Of a stretch of DNA of 57,684 nt, positions 1 through 8,795 are shown in pieces. Both the position numbers and the translations under genes were made by a program. Under the pieces are notes generated by a model. It did no database searches and was not told where the DNA came from. It was given only the letters and a program-made list of their open reading frames with translations. Location of the stretch: the NCBI GenBank assembly GCA_038230955.1, contig JBBRMG010000003.1, positions 1 through 57,684 of the forward strand, read 5' to 3'. The DNA comes from Candidatus Doudnabacteria bacterium (lineage in GTDB: Bacteria > Patescibacteriota > Doudnabacteria > UBA920). Within the stretch, counting starts at the first letter, position 1. Each line of letters opens with the position of its first letter.

Positions 1-126
1 ATTTTAAACATTGAGGAACTAGCAACAATTTTTCATTTGCCTTTGAGTGGCACCCCGGGGGCAGCGCCTGTTGAGCGAGTGGATAGCAAGAAGTCCCAGG
101 CACCGGTTAATTTGCCTACTGGATAA
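1..126 (+). CDS. 3' end of a conserved hypothetical protein (partial), of the type found upstream of CPR VirD4/TraD-like ATPases
   Basis: Frame 1 reads ILNIEELATIFHLPLSGTPGAAPVERVDSKKSQAPVNLPTG-stop. I recall the LNxEELATxFHxP...P.NLP C-terminus from CPR proteins preceding such ATPases. Confidence 0.6.
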   Translation: MLNIEELATIFHLPLSGTPGAAPVERVDSKKSQAPVNLPTG

Positions 127-243
127 ACTCTTAGATTTTCGTCGTTGTCCTCGTCGCTCTGCTCCTGCGGATTACTCCTCAAGACTAAGAGTTTATCCTA
201 GGGACTAATCGACATAGGCCAACAAAACAGTTAAACTTAAACT

Positions 244-2076
244 ATGCCAACAAATACAGATATTACATTCTTTGCCAAAACCAATTTCCGTAACCGGGAA
301 GTGCCTTTTGGTATTCGAGCAGATGACCGCCGGCGCCATATGTATGTCATGGGCAAAACCGGTATGGGCAAAACCACTCTCATGGAAAACATGGTCATTC
401 AGGACATCCGCAATGGTAAAGGAGTCTGCTTTATTGATCCACACGGAGATTCCGTGGTAAAAATTCTTGATTTCATTCCCAATAGCCGCATAAATGATGT
501 GGTTTATTTCAACCCGGCAGATATGGAATTTCCGATCGCCTTCAATATTTTAGAGTCGGTCGATTTAAAATACAAACATTTAGTGGCCTCCGGTTTAATG
601 GGCGTGTTTACCAAAATCTGGGCGAACATGTGGTCCGCCCGTATGGAATATATTCTCAATAATACAATTTTGGCTTTACTCGACAGCCCTGGCAATACCA
701 TGTTGGGAATTGTCCGTATGTATGTCGATAAGAAGTACCGCAAAAAAATTATCGATAATATTAAAGACCCAATGGTCCGCTCATTCTGGGTAGATGAATG
801 GGCCAACTATGCGGAAAAATTCCGGACAGAGGCGGTGGCACCTATTCAAAACAAAGTAGGGCAGTTTTTATCATCTTCTATTATTCGAAATATTGTCGGC
901 CAACCTCGTTCTACCATAGATTTGCGGGACATTATGGATAATAAAAAAATCTTGCTGTTAGACTTATCCAAAGGAAAAGTAGGGGAGGACAACTCCGCTT
1001 TGCTGGGAGCTATGATTATTACCAAATTGCAATTAGCTGCTTTGTCTCGAGTTGACATTCCTGAAGAGCAACGCGAAGATTTTTATTTATACGTGGACGA
1101 GTTCCAAAACTTTGTAACAGACAGTTTTGCTACCATATTGAGCGAAGCTCGCAAGTACAGACTCAATTTAATCATTGGGCACCAGTACATGGGCCAGCTA
1201 ATGCCCGATAAAAACAACACAAAAGTCCGCGATGCCGTGTTCGGTAACGTAGGGACAATGATTATTTTTCGCGTAGGATCTGCAGACGCTGAATACTTAG
1301 AAACTGAATTTGATCCAATATTTACCCCTAACGACATTGTTAATTTACCCAAAGCTCACATTATTTTAAAATTAATGATAAATGGGGTGGCCAGCGAACC
1401 TTTCTCCGCTGTCACATTGCCTCCGATAAGCGATGGATTTAGTGGTAACGCGGAAAAAGTAATAAAAGTATCACGAGAACGTCACGCTAACCCAGCTGCT
1501 GATGTAGAAGAAAAAATTAGTCGGTGGATGGGGGCGGAATTTCACGAACAAAGTGCGGAGTCCGCTAATCAAGAATCAATCCCTACCACTGTTAGCACTC
1601 CTACCAATACCCCCAACCGGGCTAGTGCCTCAAGCACCGCTAGTGCTAGTGCCCCTCGGAGTGCAAACGCCTACGCCCCCCCCATAAGGCGGGTTGAATC
1701 CAGCCCTGGGAGGCGTTATACGGATACTGCACCGAAGCCAGCTCCATTGCCAAAACAACCGGAGCCAAAAATTACCATAGCTGCGAGTGCGGTAGCATCA
1801 TTAAAGACTCCCACGCACTCACCAAAACCACCAGCGCATCATCCGTCAAAAACTACCAATACAGATCACAAACCTAGGGCTAGTAAGCCTCCGACTAAGT
1901 CAGATAACCCTATTTGGCACCAAGCCAATGAAATGGACTCTCAGAAATCTAATGTCTTAACCGAAAATTTGGTTGCGGCAATAGACTCTGCATTTTCCGA
2001 CAAACCTATTGTTCAGGCCGTAAACAATAATAATCAAAAAACTGTAGTTCAACCAGGGGAAGTCCATAAATTTTAA
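244..2076 (+). CDS. VirD4/TraD/HerA-FtsK-like P-loop ATPase with a long Ser/Thr/Pro-rich disordered C-terminal tail
   Basis: Walker A GKTGMGKT, FIDPHGD, Walker B LYVDEFQNF, SEARKYRLNLIIGHQY; last ~170 aa are low complexity. Confidence 0.85.
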   Translation: MPTNTDITFFAKTNFRNREVPFGIRADDRRRHMYVMGKTGMGKTTLMENMVIQDIRNGKGVCFIDPHGDSVVKILDFIPNSRINDVVYFNPADMEFPIAFNILESVDLKYKHLVASGLMGVFTKIWANMWSARMEYILNNTILALLDSPGNTMLGIVRMYVDKKYRKKIIDNIKDPMVRSFWVDEWANYAEKFRTEAVAPIQNKVGQFLSSSIIRNIVGQPRSTIDLRDIMDNKKILLLDLSKGKVGEDNSALLGAMIITKLQLAALSRVDIPEEQREDFYLYVDEFQNFVTDSFATILSEARKYRLNLIIGHQYMGQLMPDKNNTKVRDAVFGNVGTMIIFRVGSADAEYLETEFDPIFTPNDIVNLPKAHIILKLMINGVASEPFSAVTLPPISDGFSGNAEKVIKVSRERHANPAADVEEKISRWMGAEFHEQSAESANQESIPTTVSTPTNTPNRASASSTASASAPRSANAYAPPIRRVESSPGRRYTDTAPKPAPLPKQPEPKITIAASAVASLKTPTHSPKPPAHHPSKTTNTDHKPRASKPPTKSDNPIWHQANEMDSQKSNVLTENLVAAIDSAFSDKPIVQAVNNNNQKTVVQPGEVHKF

Positions 2077-2102
2077 GGGCTAACATTAAAACTTAAACAG
2101 TT

Positions 2103-2140
2103 AAAAAAACCACCTCTGGTAATAACCGAAGGTGGTTTTT
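2103..2140. terminator. Bidirectional intrinsic terminator between convergent genes
   Basis: AAAAACCACCT...AGGTGGTTTTT inverted repeat with an A-tract and a T-tract. Confidence 0.8.
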
Positions 2141-2155
2141 GATCATGTAAATTAG

Positions 2156-2479
2156 CTAGCTTAAATGTTTGGCAATTTCGGCCTCAATTGTGGCTTTCGG
2201 AGCGGCTCCAACAATTTCACCCACTAATTGGCCCCCTTTGAAGAATTTCATAGTAGGAATGCTCATAACATTATAGCGGCTGGCAAGTTCGCCGTGGGCA
2301 TCGACATCAACTTTACCAACTTTAAGCTTTCCTTCATAATCATGCGAAATTTCTTCAATAATTGGCCCTAATACCTTGCATGGACCGCACCATTCTGCCC
2401 AAAAATCGACAATTACGGGCAAGTTGGACTGCAGCACTTCGCTATCAAAGTTTTGTTCGTTTAGTTCAATTTTAGTCAT
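2156..2479 (-). CDS. trxA: Thioredoxin
   Basis: VDFWAEWCGPCK active site, cis-Pro motif SIPT, 107 aa. Confidence 0.97.
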   Translation of the reverse strand: MTKIELNEQNFDSEVLQSNLPVIVDFWAEWCGPCKVLGPIIEEISHDYEGKLKVGKVDVDAHGELASRYNVMSIPTMKFFKGGQLVGEIVGAAPKATIEAEIAKHLS

Positions 2480-2485
2480 GAATTA

Positions 2486-2535
2486 ACATTACCTCCAGAC
2501 AGCCACTTTGTCAACGGAACATTATTCCGTATAAT
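2486..2535. promoter_or_regulatory. Overlapping divergent sigma70-type promoters for trxA (minus) and the carboxypeptidase gene (plus)
   Basis: Minus: TTGACA (2514-2509), 17 bp, TAATGT (2491-2486). Plus: TTGTCA (2508-2513), 16 bp, TATAAT (2530-2535). Confidence 0.6.
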
Positions 2536-2541
2536 ACAAAG

Positions 2542-3573
2542 GTGAATACAGAGGTGAAAATAAAACACAGTATGCTCCATCAGGTTTCTAAAACTCAGAC
2601 AAAATACCATCGCATAATTTTCGGCGGCGCTATTTTTTCCGTAGTCATCTTACTTTCACTTGCAATGCCTCTTCACACTAGCATAGCTCCGTCATTAACA
2701 ATGACGGGGGGCAGTCTAGGGCTAAGTCCTAAGGTCTTAGGTGTGACCGACGGGACACAAAACTTAATACGAGGACAAGGGCAAACCTTAGAAATAGCGG
2801 CAGCCAAACCATTATTGCAAGTTCAGTCAATTTCTTTGAGCGGGGCAAACGCCAAAAGTATACTGATTTATGATGTGGCCACGGGTAGCATATTAGCGGA
2901 AAAAAATCCTAAATTTCCCCTACCTATTGCCAGCCTAACCAAATTGATGACAGCTTTTGTATCTTACAACCATTCCAATTTTAATGAGTCCGTAACAATA
3001 ACCGGTGATGGGGTATTAAATGTTAGCCCAACGCTTGGGCTAAAACCAGGAGAAGTGGTGACCACAGGAGATTTATTTAACAGCATGATGGTTGGTTCCG
3101 CTAATGATGCAGCGCTGTCTTTGGCCACTTACATATCACATAAAACAGGTACAAAATTTTCAATACTCATGAATGATACCGCGCTTGAGCTTCACATGAC
3201 GGATAGTCATTTTAGCAACCCTATGGGCTTTGACAGTGACACCAATTACTCTACTGCCGAAGATCTGAGGCTATTAGTCGATGCGGCTCGGCGCTATGAA
3301 GCTTTTTCTCTGATGGGACGGAAAACAAATTACAGTTTTGCAAACCAAAGTGGTCGGCGGTATGCAGTCAGAGCGACTAATACGTTACTTGCCGATCCCG
3401 AGATTTCAGCTATCAAAACAGGATTTACCCCTGAGGCGCAAGGATCAATGATTACAGAAATCAATCATAATAGCCACATTTTTATCATAATCCTTATCGG
3501 TAGCCCTAGTCGTGAACAAGATACCTTATTTTTGAAAAAAGAAATTATCAGCAATTATCATTGGGCTGAGTGA
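2542..3573 (+). CDS. D-alanyl-D-alanine carboxypeptidase (peptidase S11, DacA-like)
   Basis: SxxK (ASLTKLMT), SxN (GSANDAA), HFSNPMG and KTG motifs; N-terminal hydrophobic anchor. GTG start is uncertain. Confidence 0.9.
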   Translation: MNTEVKIKHSMLHQVSKTQTKYHRIIFGGAIFSVVILLSLAMPLHTSIAPSLTMTGGSLGLSPKVLGVTDGTQNLIRGQGQTLEIAAAKPLLQVQSISLSGANAKSILIYDVATGSILAEKNPKFPLPIASLTKLMTAFVSYNHSNFNESVTITGDGVLNVSPTLGLKPGEVVTTGDLFNSMMVGSANDAALSLATYISHKTGTKFSILMNDTALELHMTDSHFSNPMGFDSDTNYSTAEDLRLLVDAARRYEAFSLMGRKTNYSFANQSGRRYAVRATNTLLADPEISAIKTGFTPEAQGSMITEINHNSHIFIIILIGSPSREQDTLFLKKEIISNYHWAE

Positions 3574-3600
3574 TCATAAATGTGTTATAATTAACATATT

Positions 3601-4641
3601 ATGTCCTCAATAATTCTGACCAAAATTTCCATTCTGACATCAATGGCTTTTCTTAGCGCGTTATTAGTTACGCCTCTTCTAACCAATTTTTTATATAAAT
3701 ATAAACTAGGTAAAAACATTCGCAGTGGGCCCGAAACTCCATTATTTACTAAAATGCACGCTGCAAAAAAGGGGACACCAACAATGGGTGGGGTACTAGT
3801 TTGGGGCACAGCTGCATTATTAGCCGCAATGTTTTGGTTTTTGGACAGAGTACTCAATCTCAATGTGTTTCATGGGGTCAATTTCTTAACACGTCGAGAA
3901 ACATTGTTGCCACTCGGGGCAATGGTTGGCGCTGCTTTAGTTGGTTTAGTGGATGACTTTTTAGATATTAGGCAGCGCGGTCATGCAGGACGAGGAATTG
4001 CTTTTCAATTTAAAGTGTTCTTGTACATGCTTGTGGCCATCATTGGGGCGTGGTGGTTCTATTTCAAGCTTGGCTATAACTATGTGCACGTCCCATTCTT
4101 AGGCAATATTTTCTTGGGTGTGTGGTTTATACCTTTCTTCATACTGGTCGTGGTCGGTACTAGCTTTGCAGTTAACGAAACAGATGGCTTGGACGGCTTA
4201 GCAGGAGGAGTGCTACTAATCTCATTTTTTTGTTATGCCATAATTGCATTTATGCAAGGACGAGAAAATCTGGCTAGCCTATTAGCTGTGATAATCGGCG
4301 GCCTCCTAGCTTTTTTATGGTTTAATGTCTATCCGGCTCGATTCTTTATGGGAGATACCGGATCAATGGGATTGGGAGTATTGCTGGCTATCGTGGCCTT
4401 TCTCACAAATAGCGTTTTGCTGTTGCCCATTATTGGTTTTATTTTTGTCATTGAAACTGTAAGCGTAATGCTACAAATATTCTGGCGAAAAGTTTTCAAG
4501 AAAAAGCTGTTTTTATCAACCCCCCTCCATCATCATTTTGAAGCACTGGGTTGGCCAGAGTCAAAAGTGACTATGCGATTTTGGATAATTTCAGCCGTGA
4601 CAGGAATTATTGGTGTAGTGATATTCTTTTTAAATTTTTAA
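3601..4641 (+). CDS. mraY: Phospho-N-acetylmuramoyl-pentapeptide transferase
   Basis: KKGTPTMGG, GLVDD, NETDGLDGL, FMGDTGS, PLHHHFE motifs. Confidence 0.97.
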   Translation: MSSIILTKISILTSMAFLSALLVTPLLTNFLYKYKLGKNIRSGPETPLFTKMHAAKKGTPTMGGVLVWGTAALLAAMFWFLDRVLNLNVFHGVNFLTRRETLLPLGAMVGAALVGLVDDFLDIRQRGHAGRGIAFQFKVFLYMLVAIIGAWWFYFKLGYNYVHVPFLGNIFLGVWFIPFFILVVVGTSFAVNETDGLDGLAGGVLLISFFCYAIIAFMQGRENLASLLAVIIGGLLAFLWFNVYPARFFMGDTGSMGLGVLLAIVAFLTNSVLLLPIIGFIFVIETVSVMLQIFWRKVFKKKLFLSTPLHHHFEALGWPESKVTMRFWIISAVTGIIGVVIFFLNF

Positions 4642-4647
4642 GATAAT

Positions 4648-6216
4648 ATGTATTCCCAAATAATAAAAAATGCGTTGCTGATTGATGGCTCTGGCTCTCC
4701 GGAACGCCACTGCGATATCGCAATTCAGGATGACAAAATTGTAGCTATCGCAGATAAAATTGAGACTAGCTCACATGAATTTATTGATGCAAAAGGCAAA
4801 ATAGTGGCCCCTGGATTCATTGACACACAAAATCACAGTGATAGTTACTGGCAACTCTTTGATAACCCCAGCCTGAATAGCATGATTGCGCAAGGATATA
4901 CAACTGTATTCACAGGACAGTGTGGGGCCAGCTTAGCCCCATTGCTTTCCCAAGAAGCATTATTATCGCTTCAAAAATGGCATAACCTTGAAGGCACCAA
5001 TATTAATTGGCAAACATTTGGGGAATTTGCTGGGGCTATGTCGGAACGCCGCTTTGGTTGCAACATTGCCAGCTTTGTTGGTTATTCCACATTACGACGT
5101 GGTTTAAAGGGCGATAACACTGAGCCAATTACTAATGAAGAACTAAAAGCTTTGAAGCAGGCGTTACACAATGCGATAGACCAAGGGGCTTTTGGCTTAT
5201 CAACCGGATTGGCCTATTCTCATGAAGTAAGGACATCTGACCTTGAATTGTATGAACTCGCCGAAGTATTAAAAGCCACCAATACGAGTATGTCTATCCA
5301 TTTACGGGATGAGGGCGAATCCGTGGTGGAAAGTGTTCGTGAAGCCATCGCTATTGCTCAGCGCGCCGAAATACCTATAAAAATTTCGCACTTAAAAATT
5401 TGTGGATCAAAAAATTGGCGTATGACCAGTGAAGTATTGGCCGAACTCGACAATGCTTGGCATCAAGGGGTGCGTATTCATTACGATGCATATCCGTATA
5501 CTTCAATATGGCAAGTTTTGTACAAATATTTACCCACATGGGCTATTCAGGGAGGGCGCCATGTAATGCTTAATCATTTGCATAACCCCACGCAACGGAA
5601 TAAAATCCTGTCTTACTTAAATGAGCATGGGGATATAAAAAATTTGATTATTGCTTCAACTTCAGCCGGTTTGCACGTCACTGGAAAATCTATTGGCAAA
5701 CTAGCCGCCGACATGGAAGTATCTAGCGAAGAAGCGCTATTAAATATTGTAGAAAATGGGGGCAGTGAAATTTCAGTATTCGATAACTGCTTGGATGAAG
5801 GGAGCGTAGCAGAGTTGACTAATCACCCATTAAGTTTTATTGCAACTGATGGAGCTGGTTTTCCTCTAAAAAGTCAACGTGACAAATTAGTCCATCCTCG
5901 ATGTTTCGGCACGGCTCCGAAATTTTTACGTGGGGTGATTGACAGCGGTAAAATTTCATTACCGGAAGCTATTCGTAAACTTACCAGTGCTCCGGCAGCA
6001 GCTATGGGTTTAAGTAATCGAGGCACAATTAAAGCCGGCAATTTTGCTGATCTTGTTTTGTTTGATCCCCAAACCATTCGCGATCGTGCTACCACTTCCA
6101 ATCCATATCAATACGCTGAGGGCATAGAAGCTGTGTGGGTCAACGGAAAGATTGCTGTGCGCAATGGACGACCAGTAGAAATACTCGCGGGAAAGTTTAT
6201 TCGAAAGAACACATGA
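4648..6216 (+). CDS. N-acyl-D-amino-acid deacylase family amidohydrolase
   Basis: APGFID, GQCGAS (bridging Cys), SIHLRDE, ISHLK, IATDG, HPRCFGT, RGTIKAGNFADLVLFD. Confidence 0.85.
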   Translation: MYSQIIKNALLIDGSGSPERHCDIAIQDDKIVAIADKIETSSHEFIDAKGKIVAPGFIDTQNHSDSYWQLFDNPSLNSMIAQGYTTVFTGQCGASLAPLLSQEALLSLQKWHNLEGTNINWQTFGEFAGAMSERRFGCNIASFVGYSTLRRGLKGDNTEPITNEELKALKQALHNAIDQGAFGLSTGLAYSHEVRTSDLELYELAEVLKATNTSMSIHLRDEGESVVESVREAIAIAQRAEIPIKISHLKICGSKNWRMTSEVLAELDNAWHQGVRIHYDAYPYTSIWQVLYKYLPTWAIQGGRHVMLNHLHNPTQRNKILSYLNEHGDIKNLIIASTSAGLHVTGKSIGKLAADMEVSSEEALLNIVENGGSEISVFDNCLDEGSVAELTNHPLSFIATDGAGFPLKSQRDKLVHPRCFGTAPKFLRGVIDSGKISLPEAIRKLTSAPAAAMGLSNRGTIKAGNFADLVLFDPQTIRDRATTSNPYQYAEGIEAVWVNGKIAVRNGRPVEILAGKFIRKNT

Positions 6217-7652
6217 CCCCAACAGATCTCCAAAATAAAAAAGTGGCGATTTTAGGTTACGGGCAAGAAGGCCAAGCTGTTCTCCGCTACCTCGTAAAGC
6301 ACGGCATTAAACCCGTGCTGTTTGATCAGCAGGAGTCAGATAAGTTTCCAACCACCCTTATACAAGAGCTAGACGCGCAAGGCATTAGGCAAATACTCGG
6401 CCCTGAATGTCTAGACGAGCTAGAAGGTTTTGACGTGGCTTTCCGTAGTCCCGGACTGTGGCGACTAACACCAGAATTATTAAAGGCAGAAAAGACAGGA
6501 TTATTGATAACGAGTCAGATTATTTTTTTTATGAGCCAATGGCGCAATCGTGTAATTGGTATAACCGGCACTAAAGGCAAGGGAACTACATCAGCATTAA
6601 TTTATCATATTGTGAACGAGGGTATAAAGCGTTCTCAATTCCGAAGCCATACCATGATTACGGACCATTCCCAAGTTTACCTCACGGGCAATATCGGCAA
6701 AATTCAGCCTCTTGATATAATTGATGAATTGAAACCAGATGATATTATTATTTATGAAATGTCTAGTTTTCAGCTGCAAGATTTACACTTTAGTCCCACA
6801 ATTGGAGTAATTTTAATGATTACATCTGAACATTTAGATCATCATGCGAGTATGGCGGAGTATCAAACGGCTAAGTCTTCTATTGCCGCTTACCAAGGCC
6901 CCAAAGACACCATAATTGTCAACGCTGACTTCCCGGCATCTGAGAACGTAGGGAAACTCAGCAAAGGAAATAGATTGTATTTTAGCGCTGAGCATTCGGT
7001 AGACATGGGCGGATTTATTAACAACAACCAAATTATTATTACCGATCTATCTGTAGCTAAAACCCATTCATTTAGCGTGCCAACAGACACCGTGCCCCTG
7101 AAAGGAGTCCATAATTCCACCAATGCGACGGCCGCCATTTTAGCCAGCCTAATTGCGGGGGTCAGTGAATCATCCATAGAAAAAGCTATTTCGACTTTCG
7201 TAGGACTGCCACATCGCCTGCAACTAATCACAGGGCCAAAGGATATAGAATTTTACGACGATTCTTTTGCCACCGTTCCAGAGAATACTATCGCCGCTTT
7301 AAATTCATTTACGCAACCCGTTATTCTAATTTTAGGCGGTTCAGACAAGGGGGCAGACCTTAGTCCGTTAACCAAGCAAATTGCCCAGCACTCCAATATA
7401 AAAAGCGTATTTCTCGTTGGCACTGTGATGGCACCAAAGATAAAAGCATTATTACAACATAATAATTACACAGGACTTACCAAAGACGGTTTTGCCGATC
7501 TTGAATCAGCCATGAAAGAGATAAAAACTATAGTGAAGCCGGGAGATATAGTACTACTTAGCCCTGCCTGTGCTTCTTTTGACTCCTATACTAACTATGT
7601 CGAACGAGGAGACCATTTTCAAACACTTGTGAGAGAGTGGGCAAAACTCTAA
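6213..7652 (+). CDS. murD: UDP-N-acetylmuramoyl-L-alanine--D-glutamate ligase
   Basis: ILGYGQEG, ITGTKGKGTTS, GNIG, EMSSFQL, HLDHH, LSPACASFD. Start placed at ATG 6213, an ATGA overlap with the previous stop. Confidence 0.95.
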   Translation: MTPTDLQNKKVAILGYGQEGQAVLRYLVKHGIKPVLFDQQESDKFPTTLIQELDAQGIRQILGPECLDELEGFDVAFRSPGLWRLTPELLKAEKTGLLITSQIIFFMSQWRNRVIGITGTKGKGTTSALIYHIVNEGIKRSQFRSHTMITDHSQVYLTGNIGKIQPLDIIDELKPDDIIIYEMSSFQLQDLHFSPTIGVILMITSEHLDHHASMAEYQTAKSSIAAYQGPKDTIIVNADFPASENVGKLSKGNRLYFSAEHSVDMGGFINNNQIIITDLSVAKTHSFSVPTDTVPLKGVHNSTNATAAILASLIAGVSESSIEKAISTFVGLPHRLQLITGPKDIEFYDDSFATVPENTIAALNSFTQPVILILGGSDKGADLSPLTKQIAQHSNIKSVFLVGTVMAPKIKALLQHNNYTGLTKDGFADLESAMKEIKTIVKPGDIVLLSPACASFDSYTNYVERGDHFQTLVREWAKL

Positions 7653-7670
7653 AACTCAACTTCGCACAAA

Positions 7671-8771
7671 ATGAACAAAGCAAAAACAAACCGAGTAGAC
7701 TACATATTTCTAGGGCTAACCATGGCGATTTTAGTAGTGGGTCTTTTGGTGCTATCCTCAGCCTCAACCGTAGAATCTTATAATAATTTTGGAACCACTA
7801 CGTACTACTTCATGCATCAGTTGCTATATGGATGCTTAATTGGTTTGGTGGCAATGGCTATTATTAGTAAAATTGATTACCACTACTGGCAAAAATTTAT
7901 TATCCCTGCTATCATCACAAGCATTATTTTACTCATTTTAGTAAAAGTTCCGCATATTGGATTTAGCGCTAAGGGAGCTTCGCGATGGATTCATTTGGGA
8001 CCAATTTTTTTCCAACCGGCAGAAATTGCTAAACTGGCTGTGATTCTTTTCACAGCAGGATGGTTAAGCAAGACAGGCAGGCACTCCTCCTTCAAGCTTG
8101 GGCTATTGCCAGCATTGGCCGTGATAGGCGTAATTGGCCTGATGACATTATGGCAACCTGATTTAGGCAGTATGTTGTCTATTGTATTAACAGCGGCCAT
8201 TATGCTATTTGTAGGGGGAGTATCAATTAAACAATTAGGGACAGTGGCCGGAGCAAGCGCCTTAGCCCTATTAATTATAATTAAAATTGAGCCGTACCGA
8301 GCTCAACGTCTGACTACTTTTTTAAATCGCACCACGGATCCTCTCGGTATCGCTTATCATATTAACCAAGCGATATTAGCTATTGGAAGTGGGGGATGGT
8401 GGGGCTATGGCTACGGATTATCGCGGCAAAAGCATAACTATTTACCCGAAGCCATTGGGGATTCCGTATTTGCCATTATGGCGGAAGAACTCGGCCTAAT
8501 TCGGGTGCTGGCCATAATTACTTTGTTCTTAGGGTTTAGTTTGCGCGGCATTAAAATTGCCACTGAAGCCCCCGATAGATTTGGCAAAATATTAGGATTT
8601 GGAATTATGGCCGGGATAATAGTTAATGCTATCATAAATATAGGGGCCATTATGGGGCTCCTTCCTCTTACGGGTATTCCGCTGCCCTTCTTTAGTTACG
8701 GGAGTAGTTCGATGATTATTACATTGGCATCGTTAGGAATTGTATTAAACATTTCCCGTTATAAGTCCTAA
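7671..8771 (+). CDS. ftsW: SEDS family peptidoglycan polymerase (FtsW/RodA)
   Basis: GASRWI, FQPAEIAK, QPDLGS, YLPEA, PLTGIPLPFFSYGSSS. Confidence 0.92.
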   Translation: MNKAKTNRVDYIFLGLTMAILVVGLLVLSSASTVESYNNFGTTTYYFMHQLLYGCLIGLVAMAIISKIDYHYWQKFIIPAIITSIILLILVKVPHIGFSAKGASRWIHLGPIFFQPAEIAKLAVILFTAGWLSKTGRHSSFKLGLLPALAVIGVIGLMTLWQPDLGSMLSIVLTAAIMLFVGGVSIKQLGTVAGASALALLIIIKIEPYRAQRLTTFLNRTTDPLGIAYHINQAILAIGSGGWWGYGYGLSRQKHNYLPEAIGDSVFAIMAEELGLIRVLAIITLFLGFSLRGIKIATEAPDRFGKILGFGIMAGIIVNAIINIGAIMGLLPLTGIPLPFFSYGSSSMIITLASLGIVLNISRYKS

Positions 8772-8795
8772 CGACATAAAAGAACGCAATAATCT

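Noticed and set aside
6135-6212. Longer murD start given in the ORF track
   Set aside because: It overlaps the previous gene by 82 bp; ATG 6213 gives the normal MurD N-terminus and an ATGA coupling.
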